64,000 nucleotides of DNA. Source: Octopus bimaculoides (lineage: Eukaryota). Both the position numbers and the translations under genes were made by a program. The notes beneath the pieces are model-generated. The model ran no database searches and had not been told where the DNA came from. It worked only from the letters and a program-made list of their open reading frames with translations. Position 1 is the first letter of the stretch; the number at the start of each line of letters is the position of its first letter. Shown piece by piece: positions 1 through 12,460 of the stretch. The DNA lies in NCBI RefSeq assembly GCF_001194135.2, contig NC_068981.1, forward strand, positions 193,760,734 through 193,824,733. Direction: 5' to 3'.

Positions 1-316
1 GCGTGATCGTTACCAGCCCCACCTTACTGGCACTTGTGCCGGTGGCAGGTGAAGAAATATTCGAGCACATAAAAAACACCATTTGAGCGTAGTCGTTGCC
101 AGTACTGCTTGTCTGGCCCTCGTGCTGGTGGCACATAAAAGCACCCACTATACTCTCAGAGTGGTTAGCGTTAGGAAGGGCATCCAGCTGTAGAAACTCT
201 GCCAAATCAGATTGAAGCCTGGTGTAGCCATCTGGTTCACCAGTCCTCAGTCAAATCGTCCAACCCATGCTAGCATGGAAAGCGGACGTTAAATGATGAT
301 GATGATGATGATGATA
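1..316 (+). mobile_element. RTE-tailed SINE / RTE 3' end with (GAT)n tail (dozens of further copies in window)
   Basis: Motif ggaagggcatccagctgtagaaactctgccaaatcaga...ccaacccatgctagcatggaaagcggacgttaaatgatgat recurs on both strands, e.g. 3120-3360, 10800-11450, 36140-36435, 39960-40265, 48300-48780. The same tail follows RTE ORF remnants at 42060 and 58760. Confidence 0.85.
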
Positions 317-739
317 CATCCATACATACAGAAGTTTATCATTTAGATATGTATGAGCATGTTTAGATATGCAACTATATGCATGAGAATGCATACATAA
401 AAGAGTACAAATCTGCATGTACATACATACACACATACATACATACATACAAATAAAAATACCCTGTTGTTGACATTGAAATTCCAAAGAAAGAGCCTTG
501 GATCTAAGTTAGAAACTGTCTCTATCTCTATTGGCAAGAAATTTTGAAATAAACTGAATAATGACATACATAAACATAAATAAATAGACAGATATAGATG
601 TGTGAAAAAAATGAAGAGGATTTTCTGAAAGCAACATCTCAGGCAGGCCTTGAAATAGAATATGATGTCCCTGGCAAAATTTCAAAGTCGTCATCATCTC
701 TCACCTTCACTAATTTTACCAAACCTCTTCAAGACTTAC

Positions 740-826
740 CATTCTATCATCAGTTTTGAACCTGTGTAATAGTAGAGTCTTCGAGAGTTGTAACCACCTT
801 TATTGTTGTTCTGGGAATCAAATAAT
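740..826 (-). CDS. DD3-3: DD3-3-like protein, coding exon 3 (gene continues beyond left edge)
   Basis: Acceptor ttttgtatttcag|A, translation (R)LFDSQNNNKGGYNSRRLYYYTGSKLMIE(W), donor TG|gtaagt. 87 nt, phase 2-2. RLFDSQNNNxGGYN and the following IEW are family motifs. Confidence 0.92.
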
Positions 827-1039
827 CTGAAATACAAAATAAAGACAAATTTGTATACACTGGAGTATACATACACACACACACACATAACTTAGAAATA
901 TTTCAGCCAAAGATTGGCCCAGGCCATATCTAAGTTAACACCTGATAAGATCTATTAAGACATTTTTAAGTCAAGTCTGGAGGTATCATGATCCATTCAA
1001 GTAAGGAGTTGTTATTGACTGAGATGTATCCAGGTACAG

Positions 1040-1545
1040 GTGACTTGTCTGGTATCCCTTGGAAAAGTTGGTCTAGGTTTCATTTGAGGGTGATGGGATC
1101 TTTTTCTTCTCTGATTTGTTTTAGGATAATATTAAATAGAACAGGGCCTGTTGAGGTAAAGTGATTGTGTTGCAGTGAATTAATGTGTTGTGAGTCTGAA
1201 TTGTGCAGAAGGCATATGTATGGCTTGGGGTCCCAGCCTCAGATGAATTCTTAATTTGACTTTAAGGTCATTCAGGCAATGCTGGCAGTATATGCTCCAC
1301 ATTGAGCAAATGATGTAGCACTCATGGCAGCTTTGCAGAGAATAGAGGTTCAGTGTTTTAAGGCAGTCCAAATAATCAAGATCAGTCATACCTTTTGTGT
1401 TTTTAGTGAATGCTCTCTGGAGTGACTCAGTTCTTGTAATGTTTTGTTTAGTATTAGGGACAAAAGGGGGGCAACAATAATCTAGATGTAACCATACAAA
1501 GGAAGAGAAAAGGGAAATGGTGTTTGTCTCTCCAGTCCGCAAAGT
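1040..1545 (-). mobile_element. CR1/L2-clade LINE ORF2 C-terminal remnant
   Basis: ORF 1180-1542: HLDYCCPPFVP...ESLQRAFTK..KGMTDLDYLDCLKTLNLYSLQ, matching the LDYCSPVWSP..ESxQRxFTK..LxLYSL pattern of CR1-group RT tails. Confidence 0.75.
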
Positions 1546-1561
1546 TCTGAGAATCTAGGAG

Positions 1562-2035
1562 CTCATCCTGCAACTTCACAGAATAATTGTTCAGCTAGAG
1601 GGGGCACTGCCAAATTCCCATTCAAAATATATAGTTTCCAAAGTGACAACTAGTCACTGATCTATAAATTAGAAAATTACTATTTGTATAACTCACAATG
1701 AGAGATAATCAGCAACAGTACTTTGGAGTAAAGATTGTTTGCCAACATAACACGGCAGTGCCACTTCTAGCCGATGAAGAGAAATAACCCAGAAATCGCG
1801 ATACACAGATATTGTTTTGAGCTGAGTGGGCGGGGTGCTAGATTCCCTTGTTCAAAAATATAAGGACACAGATCATGTCGTATAGCCAGCTGGAGACAAT
1901 GTCTCCTGGGGCTAAAATTATAGCAACATTCATCCTAAACCAGGACTGCCGTGTTATGTTGGCAAACAATCTTTACTACAAAGTACTGTTGCTGAATATC
2001 TCGCTGTGAGATTTAAAAATAGTAGTTTCCTAATG
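1562..2035. mobile_element. Foldback/MITE-like repeat with ~90-bp inverted arms
   Basis: tagaaaattacta...gccaacataacacggcagt (~1669-1758) is inverted at ~1945-2035. Same family at 23403-24008 and 51295-51378. Confidence 0.75.
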
Positions 2036-2309
2036 AAAGAATCCTGTTGTATATGTATTTGTGTACCCTTGTTTAATATCCTATGATGGTTATAAATGAG
2101 CATCATTATCATCATCATCTCACAAGCAATGTTGTTTGTTTCCAGTCTCCTATAAGAACCTATCTAGCCAAGGGGACAGTATTATTTTACTTGGAAACAG
2201 GTGAGGGCTGGTGACAGGAAGAGCATCCACCCATGGGAAATCTGCATCAGTAAATGCTGTCAGAGCCATGCAAGCATGGGAAAATAAGCATTAGAGGATG
2301 ACGATGATA

Positions 2310-2997
2310 ACATTTCTGGAAATCACTTTTTGGGATGCTGTAGAGCTGTGCCGATGAATTTTGCTTAATGTCCTCTGTTGACTCAAATCTTCTCCCTATT
2401 TCTTTCTTTTTTGTTTTTGAGCTTTGGGGATAGCCAAAAGTCAAATGAAGCCAAGTCTGGAGAGTAGGAAGCCTGACAAACAAGTGGTGCGTTTTGTTTC
2501 ACAAGGAATGCTTGGATGTGAGCAAAATGAACTGACTTAACTGACCTATGGCTCATTCCAACTTTGGTAACAATCTCCTCAAAAGTCACACAATGGCCTT
2601 CATAGAATATTCCACGAACCTTTGCAATCATTTCGTCTTTTCTGCAAGTCAATGGTCTTCCACAAAATGGCTCACTGTCCACTGAGGTGCAGCCATCTTT
2701 GAACTGGATGTACCACTCCTTTATTTGTGTTTTCCTCATAGCATCATCTCCAAAAGCCTTCTGAATCTTCTCGATAGCCAGGTTTTTGGCAGAATTTGAT
2801 ACGGTATCTTTACTCAATGCTCTTGGTCATCTTGATTCAAAAAGAAAAGTCACACAGCACACTCTTCACGTCTGTACTCAACATGTCACTTCAGATGAAT
2901 GGCACAACCTACAGACATGAAAGTTTTTGTGCATGCTCAGCAAGGACGAGGCCACCTAAAATCAAGGTCGGATACTTTTTGACTACACCTCGTATAT
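2310..2997 (-). mobile_element. mariner transposase remnant with internal deletion and one TIR
   Basis: ORF 2383-2817: AFGDDAMRKTQIKEWYIQFKDG...GRP (mariner HTH) fused to YSPDLASFDFWLSPKLK. TIR-like TATACGAGGTGTAGTCAAAAAGTATCCGA on minus at ~2968-2997. Confidence 0.85.
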
Positions 2998-3509
2998 ATG
3001 TGTATGTATGTATTATATATATATATATATATATATATNNNNNNNNNNNNNNNNNNNNNNNNNNNNNNNNNNNNNNNNNNNNNNNNNNNNNNNNNNNNNN
3101 NNNNNNNNNNNNNNNNNNNCTTGAGAAGAAGACCCATCAAGCCAAGCAAAATTGCAGTCATGGCAGATACTGGTGTCATGCAAATGGCATGTAAAAACAC
3201 CTATTACACTCTCAGAGTGGTTGGCATTAGGACGGGCATCCATGCCAAATTAGACTGGAGTCTGGTGCAGCCTTCCAGCTTGCAAGCTCTGGTCAAACCA
3301 TCCAACCCTTGCCAGGATGGACAACAGACATTAAATGATGATGATGATGATGATGATGATGTGTGTATGTGTGTTTGTGTGAGTGTATGTGTGTGTATGT
3401 GCATATGTGTACATATTATATTAGAGGAAAAAGGACAACAAAAGACAAGGCAGGTCAGGTATCTCAGGTCATTAAGACTATTTAATTAGGGTAAGGTGAA
3501 TTTGAAGTC

Positions 3510-4095
3510 TTACAGTTGTGGTCTTAAAGACCACAAACCAGATTTCATAACCAAACCCTCTATGAGGCTCGTCTGCCTTACCAAATCGGACTTAGCATGA
3601 ATCAGTAAGAACATAATAGACAATATAATACCTATAGTCAAAAAAAAATTAATCAAATTATGGTCCTGCACAGGTGAGGTTATAACCTGATTATAACCTG
3701 GTTTCACCTCCTTGAAAACAAAAAAAAACACCTCCTCATTCCTACAATTTGATATCAGCAACTACTACTTTTCTATATCCTGTATCCTCCTTAATAAAGC
3801 TCTCATTCTAGCTAAAAACATAACTAACCTGCCCCCTTTCAAATAGACGTAATTCTAACTGCCAGAAAGACACTCATCAACTTCAATAAGCTTTGGAGCC
3901 AAGCTACCCTCAAAAATAATAAACAGTAACTATTCATATATATAACCATGGGCTCCTCTGACTCTGCTCAATTCACGGATCTGGTCAGACAATACCTCCT
4001 CCAGCAACTCAGCATGTATTTCCCTAACATCAATGCATTGTTGATTACTACTGGCCTAATGAAATCCGCATTAGAGAAGACTAGAAAAGATTTAC
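3510..4095 (+). mobile_element. Penelope-like element reverse transcriptase remnant
   Basis: Frameshifted LKDHKPDFITKPSMRLVC..KSDLA*ISKNIIDNI, LQFDISNYY, LLNKAL, ITMGSSDSAQFTDLVRQYLL. These match PLE RT motifs (LKDHK..RLINP.KSEIG.ISK; FD...MGSYDGAE.CELVG). Confidence 0.75.
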
Positions 4096-4970
4096 ATACC
4101 ATATATACTCGAGTAATAGTCAATCTCTGGCAGAAGTCGACCCCCAATTTTTGGCCAAAAAATTGGGAATTTTCCATAGACCTTGTATAAAAGTCGATTC
4201 CATTATTTCACAACCAACAAGACAACATTTGTGGTTAAAGGTACCGTATTATCCTGTACATAGAAATAACGCTGTTACAAAATTGTGTGGCTATATTCCT
4301 GTAGCCAGCTCTGAAAGTGGAACGCTTGGTGCTTATAATGGAATGCTCGGTGCTTATGGTAAAACACCATTTAATAGCGAGCACTACACATCTGTTGATG
4401 GGTGCACCATCACCATTACTAAAATGTATGCACTGGATATGCTGCAAGCCTGCATACACCTTCAAGCACAATAAACACATGTCATACACTCATGGTTTAC
4501 ATGACAAGAAATGTGTTTCACAGACAGCACAATTGGCAAACGTCACAGTCTGAATTCATACAGAGGCATGTCTTTGGTAAGCCTCAAAACATTCAATTAA
4601 TCACTAGATTAGTGGTTCCCATGCAACCTTTATATTTTTCTCATCTCCAAATACAATAAGCACATACGTCATACCTTTGTCTGTTTAAATGGTGAGAAAT
4701 ATGTTTCACAAACAGCACTATCAGTGAACAACAAGAACTACATGGCCTTATTTATGGGTTTTGTTATTTACTAGGACGTGTATTTTCATGCATAGAATTG
4801 GTAATATTACTGTAATTCATTGTATTTTTGTTTCTATTCACTTAGAGATCAGTTCAGCCTCTGCTCCTGATATGGTACTCTCGACTGCCCTGCACTCACC
4901 CATATAACATTCGATTGAAACTCAAACTAATAAATAATAATGAATCCGGCAACTTTTTTTTAACAAATAG

Positions 4971-5486
4971 TACAGGGTGTTCAAAAAGTCTCTCTGCAGT
5001 CAATTTTTTGTCATCGAGACATATTGCTCAAATATTGTCTCTTTCCATTTGTAGGTCAACTCACTGAAAGTGAAATTAATAATGCATACTTTGCGCATCA
5101 CCAGGAGTTTTTCAGTGAACAGATTATTTCAAAGGGACTTTGGCAACCAAGATCACCTGATTTAACACTGCCAGACTTTTTTTTCTGGGGAGCAAGTAAA
5201 GGATCAGTGTACAAAAATCGCCCAAAATCCATTAATGAGCTAAAATACACAATCATAACCTTTACAGAGTCCATACCACGTCAGACTCTCCAAGATATAT
5301 TTCAAAACATGTGTAGAAGAGTCAACTTATGTACTGAAAATTAAGGACGACACTTTTAACACCTCTTATAAAGTTTTTTAAAGTTTTGTAAAGACTAATA
5401 TATTCTTTTGTAGTCTTATACCATCTTATAAATATTTATTTTGCAATAAAATATTTACTGCAGAGAGACTTTTGGAACACCCTGTA
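4971..5486 (+). mobile_element. Non-autonomous Tc1/mariner (rosa/DD41D-like C-terminus) with TIRs
   Basis: TIRs TACAGGGTGTTCAAAAAGTCTCTCTGCAGT / ACTGCAGAGAGACTTTTGGAACACCCTGTA. Internal WQPRSPDLTLPDFFFWG..K..VYKNRPKSINELK. Confidence 0.88.
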
Positions 5487-5860
5487 TAGATTATACTTCA
5501 ACTATATTGCCTAATAAAATTGAGGGAAGATCGATTCTCTTGTTTACACCCTACATTCTCTTTAAATGTTAAGGGCTTGGCCAAAATCTTTTTCCATAAT
5601 AGTAGGCTCTAACTTTCTACGTCACCATAAACACTATACAATCTTCAACAGATCTACTCTTATCCTAGTCTTCCCCATCCAATATAGAATCTATTGTTAC
5701 CTCATTCAATAAGAGTAAAAATTTGTTCTTACTAACTAAATATATATAATCATAATATAGGTCAATGCAGTGACAACACTAACACCAACCATGATTGTAT
5801 ATATACCACACCCGTAACCCAAGCACTATAACCAGTATAAACCAGGAAACGAATATCCAC

Positions 5861-5903
5861 AATTCTGACGAAGGCTAGAGTACGGCTAAAACGACTGTTA
5901 ATA
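5861..5903 (+). ncRNA. Decayed hammerhead-like motif
   Basis: AATT CTGACGA A GGCT agagtac GGCT AAAAC GACT GT T AAT. Restoring a few changes, including a CpG-type CG>TA, gives core/stem II/GAAAC/GUH. Stem I is only 3 bp. Confidence 0.35.
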
Positions 5904-6199
5904 CTAATAGCACTACTACTACGTGTGCTAATAATACTAATGCAACCACTACTACTAATACTACTATTACTAACAATAATAATAATAATAATAATAGTAA
6001 TAATAATAATAATGATTTCATTTATTTGCCACAAGGTCGAAGGATGAAGGGGACAATGCAAAGACAGACATAAAGTGTTGGGGTTTACATGTAATGAAAT
6101 GATAAGAAAAAGAAGGAAAGAAAGTAATTATATACAGTTTACACTGAACAAAAGGGACATATGCATAGCATATAATGGTTAAAAGAAAATAAAAGGTGG

Positions 6200-6620
6200 A
6201 AGGGAAGATGATAGAGATGTAGCCCTCCTGATAAAGGAAGGCCTCTGGGGATAATTAAGGAACCCCACTGTCCGAGATTTCCCTGAAACCCCAGAAGTCA
6301 GTACCCTCTCCAATTCCTTCTCTCCGACTCACAGGTCTACACTTAGAGTGGTACCATCCACTCTTGCCATTTTTGCAACTTTCAACCACCTTTCAATAAA
6401 CTCACTCGAGGACAGCACTTCCCACTCCACTCTCAATTTCCTTTCCAAGTGAAACTTGAAGAGGTCAATAGGAGCTCTACCAAAGAGGAATGTATCTGTC
6501 CTTGTGCTTTGTCCACCAAACAACCACTTTCGCCCCAGCCACCAGGCAAAGGTAAACTACCTTGCTTGCCCAATTGAAGGAGGGCAGCTGTGCAATTATC
6601 ACTACAGACTTGGTCGACAG
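6200..6620 (-). mobile_element. L1/Tx1-like LINE ORF2 3' remnant
   Basis: VVYLCLVAGAKVVVWWT.. then FKFHLERKLRVEWEVLSSSEFIERWLKVAKMARVDGTTL, resembling Tx1-type ORF2 C-termini. Confidence 0.55.
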
Positions 6621-6860
6621 ATGGATCCATCCCACATGTTACAGCAGCTGCTCGATATAATTCCACAAGTCAGCAAAGCCCAGACACTGAAGGAGGGTGT
6701 GCAGAACGGTTTTGTCACTCTACCTCAGACAAGCCTGGTGCAGCCTTCTGGCTTTCCAGTCCTCAGTCAAACCGTCTAACCCATACCAGCATGGAAAACA
6801 GACATTAACCAATGACGATGATGATGATGACGATGATGATGATGATGAAAAATAGCCTAC

Positions 6861-6914
6861 CTGTTGGCATTATTCCTCCCAACATTTGATTCAGCCAATC
6901 GGTTGTTGGAACCA
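6861..6914 (-). CDS. DD3-3: DD3-3-like protein, coding exon 2
   Basis: Acceptor cttttcag|T, then GGT TCC AAC AAC CGA TTG GCT GAA TCA AAT GTT GGG AGG AAT AAT GCC AAC AG|gtaggc = (S)GSNNRLAESNVGRNNAN(R). 54 nt, phase 2-2, matching exons 1 and 3. Confidence 0.9.
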
Positions 6915-7123
6915 CTGAAAAGATAATAATTACGTAAATTAGATTACTGAGATAGGTATAAGTGCAGGTGTAACAGGGTGGTTAAGAAGTTTGCTTCCCC
7001 AACCATGGGTTCTTGGGTTCAATTCTATCGTGTTGAATCTTGGGAAAGTGACATCTACTAAAGCCCCAGGCCAACCAAATCCTTTTGAGTGGAATTGGTA
7101 AACAGAAACTGAAAGATATCTAT

Positions 7124-7195
<72 letters not shown>

Positions 7196-8339
7196 ACATC
7201 AAATAGAAGACATCACCAAGTGAAAAATACATAAACACACGAGAGATGAGTACAGGATGTCACCAATGAGTAAAAAATATGTAAACACATAATGAGAGAT
7301 AAGTACGGGACAAAATACCAAGAGAAGTCTAACTCAGATGTGATGTACAGAGTAAACAATTGATGAAGACAAATATTAAGGGTTGTTACACCATGCATTG
7401 TAAAGGGTAACACCTAGGAGAAATTTTGAAAGGATATAGAATAAATAGAAGAGAAGAAAATAGAAGAGAAAGAGAATATATATATATATATATATATANN
7501 NNNNNNNNNNNNNNNNNNNNNNNNNNNNNNNNNNNNNNNNNNNNNNNNNNNNNNNNNNNNNNNNNNNNNNNNNNNNNNNNNNNNNNNNNNNNNNNNNNNN
7601 NNNNNNNNNNNNNNNNNNNNNNNNNNNNNNNNNNNNNNNNNNNNNNNNNNNNNNNNNNNNNNNNNNNNNNNNNNNNNNNNNNNNNNNNNNNNNNNNNNNN
7701 NNNNNNNNNNNNNNNNNNNNNNNNNNNNNNNNNNNNNNNNNNNNNNNNNNNNNNNNNNNNNNNNNNNNNNNNNNNNNNNNNNNNNNNNNNNNNNNNNNNN
7801 NNNNNNNNNNNNNNNNNNNNNNNNNNNNNNNNNNNNNNNNNNNNNNNNNNNNNNNNNNNNNNNNNNNNNNNNNNNNNNNNNNNNNNNNNNNNNNNNNNNN
7901 NNNNNNNNNNNNNNNNNNNNNNNNNNNNNNNNNNNNNNNNNNNNNNNNNNNNNNNNNNNNNNNNNNNNNNNNNNNNNNNNNNNNNNNNNNNNNNNNNNNN
8001 NNNNNNNNNNNNNNNNNNNNNNNNNNNNNNNNNNNNNNNNNNNNNNNNNNNNNNNNNNNNNNNNNNNNNNNNNNNNNNNNNNNNNNNNNNNNNNNNNNNN
8101 NNNNNNNNNNNNNNNNNNNNNNNNNNNNNNNNNNNNNNNNNNNNNNNNNNNNNNNNNNNNNNNNNNNNNNNNNNNNNNNNNNNNNNNNNNNNNNNNNNNN
8201 NNNNNNNNNNNNNNNNNNNNNNNNNNNNNNNNNNNNNNNNNNNNNNNNNNNNNNNNNNNNNNNNNNNNNNNNNNNNNNNNNNNNNNNNNNNNNNNNNNNN
8301 NNNNNNNNNNNNNNNNNNNNNNNNNNATATATAAATATA

Positions 8340-9585
8340 TACATATATGAGATTAAGTGTACATATGCCACTATATGTATATGAAAAAAGAATACAAAAA
8401 ATAGGACAAGAATGCAACAGGTGACAAGACATCCAGACAGTTAGATGATACAAAAAGGGACAAGAAAAAACAAGGATGGGTCATTTGGATTTTTCTTTCG
8501 TCAGTTGAGTTCCAGATTATCTTTGCAGTTTCGGCTGGTTATACTGAAGACTGCTCCAATCTTGACAATCAAGGATGGAAAAAAACAAAGAATGGGTCTG
8601 CCATAAGGCACACACCAGCTTAATTTAATTCGTCCTTAGTCGAAAGGCACCTGTTGTTAATGTCCTGTTATTTGCATTTGTATTCCATTTCCCTGTTTTC
8701 TTTTTTCCCGTCCTTGTTTTTGTATTCATTTGCCGCTTTCCTGTGTCCTTATGTTTACAAGGGAGAGACAAGCACCTCCACCCGGCTAAGCCTGCATCCA
8801 GAGACATGTTTCTGAGTCTTTGCTCGTCATCAGTCTGGAGTTGCATGACCTGCTAGTCGAAGATGCCTGTCAATCTCTTGTAAACATATATATAATAATT
8901 CTAGTGAAACACATTCACTGATTTCAAATTTAGAAATAATACATTTCTAAATCTCTCAGAGAGATTTATGCAGTAGTGATACGATGAAGTAGTTGTATGC
9001 TGTCAAATGTGACAGTCCCCTGAAGGGAATAATACTACTGTTGGTTAGACCTAGGAAGCTGCACCGCTTCCTGTTGGCCTTGACACATTTCCTGAGTCCT
9101 TATAACGAGCAAGGACTCAGAAACATGTCTCTGGATGCAGGCTTAGCTGGGTGGAGGTGCTTGTCTCCCCCTTGTAAACATAAGGACACAGAAAATGTGT
9201 CTAGGCTGACAGGAAGCGGTGCAGCTTCCTAGGTCTAACCAACAGTAGTTTTATTCCCTTCAGGGGACTGTCACATTAAGTTGACAGCATACAACTACTT
9301 CATCGTATCACTACTGCATAAATCTCTCTGAGAGATTTAGAAATGTATTATTTCTAAATTCACTGCTTTCTTCCAAGGAATCTAGTGCTCTTACCTTGAG
9401 GCTGGCCAGATTGGAGCAGTCTCGAGTATAACCAGCCGAAACTGCAAAGATAATCTGGAACTTGTCTGACGAGAGAAAACTCTGAATGACCCGTCCTTGT
9501 TTTTTCTTGTCCCTTTTTGTATCATCTAACTCTCTGAATGTCTTGTCACTTGTTGCATTCTTGTCCCATTTTTTTGTATCCTTTA
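8340..9585. mobile_element. Rearranged Penelope-like element: nested inverted repeats, GIY-YIG remnant, hammerhead
   Basis: Outer IR ~8390-8562/9400-9580, inner IR 8927-9094/9189-9360, and ~8745-8826 inverted at ~9106-9190. Inner arm encodes decayed (V)xYAVKCDSP...Y-VG*T-RKLHR (GIY-YIG). Confidence 0.75.
8797..8839 (-). ncRNA. Minimal type-I hammerhead ribozyme motif (family HH-A)
   Basis: Minus strand TCCAGA CTGATGA C GAG caaaga CTC A GAAAC AT GTC TCTGGA: 6-bp stem I, intact CUGAUGA/GAAA core, palindromic ACATGT stem III, GUC site. C.A mismatch at the base of stem II. Confidence 0.75.
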
Positions 9586-10799
9586 TATATATATATATAT
9601 ATATGTGGAGAGGAGAAGTGTATTCCCATGCAGGAAAGAATTTAGGAAAATTTATTTTGGGGTTTGAAATGCACCTGAAGCTTAAAAATGCACACGTGTG
9701 TGTGTGTGTGTGTGTGTGCGTACATACATGTATATACATTTATATTCATTTATGGGTCTTTATGTGTCTGTAACTTAGTGGTTCAGCTAAAATGGCTGAT
9801 AGAATTAATACCAGGTTTTAAAAAAGAGAAAAAAATAAGCATTGGGGCTGAGACATTCGACTAAAACATTCTTCAAAGCAGTGGTACCCCAGCATGGCCA
9901 CAGTCTAATAACTGAAACCAGGATAAGATAAAAGACAAAAGACAGTCAACAATTCTAGGGAATCTGTTGGTTTCTTTGGGCCCCAGCATATACTTTAATG
10001 ACCCCAGTGGGATGAAAGGTAAAGGGGGCCTCAGCAAGATTTGAACTCAAAAAGTAAAGAGCTGGAAGAAATGCACCACCACCCCCTTCTCACCACCAGC
10101 AGATTATCCAGGGTCATAATGGTTCTGCCAGCTCATCCACTTTGACCAGGTTCCCTGTCGGTTATAACAACGAGTGTTCCAAGTGACACGATCTACCAGT
10201 CTTCTCTATTTTTTTTTTACTCTTTTACATGTTGCAGTCATTTGACTGCAGCCATGCTGGAGCACCGCCTTTGATTGAACAAATCAACCCCAAGAAGCAA
10301 CCTTATTCCCTGCAAGCCTAGTACTTTTCTATCAGTCTCTTTTGCCGAACTGCCAAGTTACGGGGATGTAAACATACCAACATCAGTTGTCAAGCGATAG
10401 TGGGAGGACAAACACACACAGAAACATATACATATATATGACGGACTTCTTTCAGTTTCCATCTATCAAATCCACTCACAAGGCTTTGGAGGCTATAGTA
10501 GAAGACACTTGCCCAAGGTGCCCAACGCAGTGGGACTGAACTTGGAACCATGTGGTTGGAAAACAAGCTTCTTACCACACAGCCATGCCTGTTCATGAAA
10601 TTAATGTACAAGTGGCTGAGAAATCTACAGACATGCATACTCTTGACATAGTTCCCAAGGAGGTCGGCCCTTTGAATTACAGGTGCTAATTTTTGTCAGC
10701 TGAATGGAGAAATACGATTTTACCAAAGCAACACACTTAGCATCCTCCTCTATGGATCTAAATGTTGGAAAACAACCAAAAGAAATTAGAAGTCGTCAT

Positions 10800-11450
10800 T
10801 ATCATCATCAGCATCGTTTAATGTCCGTTTTCCATGTTGGCATGGGTTTGGTGGTTTGACTGAGGTCTGGAGAACCGGTGTCTGCACCAGGCTCCAATCT
10901 GATCTGGTAATGTTTCTACAGCTGGATGCCATTCCTATAATGACAACCACTCTGAGAGTGTAGTTGGTGTTTTTTATGTGCTACCAGCACAGGAGCCAGT
11001 CAGGTGGAACTGGCATCGACCATGCTTGAATGATGCTTTTCATGTGACACCGGCACAGGAGCCAGTCAGGCGGCACTGGCATCGACTACGCTTGAATGGT
11101 GCTTTCTACGTGCCACCTGCACAGGAGCCAGTCAGGCGGCACTGGCATCGGCCACGTTCAGGTGGTGCTTTTTATGTACCACCGGCACAGGGAGCCAGTC
11201 AGGCAGAACTGGTAACAACCCATGCACAAATGGTGCTTATTGCATGTCACCAGCATGAGAGCAAGTCAGGCATCACTGGCATCAGCCACGTTCAGAAGGT
11301 GCTTTTTACATGCTACCAGCCTGGGGAGCCAGTCAGGCGAACTGGCAATGATCCACGCATGAGTTGTGCTTATTGCATGCCACCAGCATGGGAGCCAGTC
11401 AGGCGGCACAGACATCAACCACGTGCAGATGGTGCTATGAATATCAAAAT
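10800..11450 (-). repeat. RTE-tailed SINE with expanded internal ~55-60-bp minisatellite
   Basis: About 8 units of ggtgctttt.acgtgccacc.gcacaggagccagtcaggcggcactggcatcgaccacg. Explains the repetitive ORF PAQEPVRRHWHR at 10978-11469. Confidence 0.85.
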
Positions 11451-11799
11451 GATTGATTACACATTTTAATAGTTCAATGCCTTGATGATCTCAGATCAAA
11501 TCTAACCAATGCTTTTCACTATTCCTGGGGTTAATATTTCTTTTGAATCAGTATTTATCTATATGAAACAATGGCACATTTATGTAATCACTTGGTCTGC
11601 TAGAAACAACAGCAAAATCACTCCCAAATCCCACCCCTAATAGCTTAAATAAAGGAACATGTCTTTGACATGCTTTGATGTATAAAAAGATGAGATGCAT
11701 AAAAGATGAGATAGTCATGGTTGGAATCCCTTTGATCAGAGGTTTGTTCAATCTTGACTAATTTACTTTATTCACAATACATCAGCAAAATTACTATGA

Positions 11800-12460
11800 C
11801 TGATTAAGTGGTGGTAGTGGTGGTGGTGATCATGTTAGTGGTTGTGGTGCTCATAGTGATGTAGTGGTGGTGTTGGTAATGGCAGTGGTTGTAGTGGTGG
11901 TAATAGTGATAGTGGTGGTGATTGTGGCGGTGGTGGTGGTGGTGATTGTGGCGGTGGTGGTGGTGGTGGTGGTGGTAATGGCAGTGGTTGTAGTAGTGGT
12001 ANNNNNNNNNNNNNNNNNNNNNNNNNNNNNNNNNNNNNNNNNNNNNNNNNNNNNNNNNNNNNNNNNNNNNNNNNNNNNNNNNNNNNNNNNNNNNNNNNNN
12101 NNNNNNNNNNNNNNNNNNNNNNNNNNNNNNNNNNNNNNNNTGTGGCGATGGTGGTGGTGGTGGTGGCAGCGGCGGCGGCGGCGGTGGTGGTGGTGGTGGT
12201 AACAGTAGTGATAGTATGGCGATAGTAACAGTGGTGTAGTGGTAATGGTGGTGGTGGTGGTGGTGGTGGTAGAGGTAGTGATGGTGGTGGTGGTGGTGGT
12301 GGTAGAGGTAGTGATGGAGGTGGTAGTGGTGGTAGAATTGGTGATAGTGTTATAGTGGTAGTATTGGTGGTGGTCGTGGTGTGATGATGGTGGTGGTGGT
12401 GATAGCATCAGCAGCAGTGGTAAAGGTGGTAGTGCTGGGGATGGGGGTGCGACAATGGTA
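11800..12460. repeat. (GGT/GTA)n low-complexity microsatellite with gap
   Basis: Direct inspection. The poly-T/H/V ORFs here are artefacts. Confidence 0.95.

Noticed and set aside
9400-9500. GGCTGG..CCAGCC-GAAAC and CTGACGA-GAG-AAAA-CTC hammerhead-like pieces
   Set aside because: Neither gives a complete core with GUH and a closing stem I.
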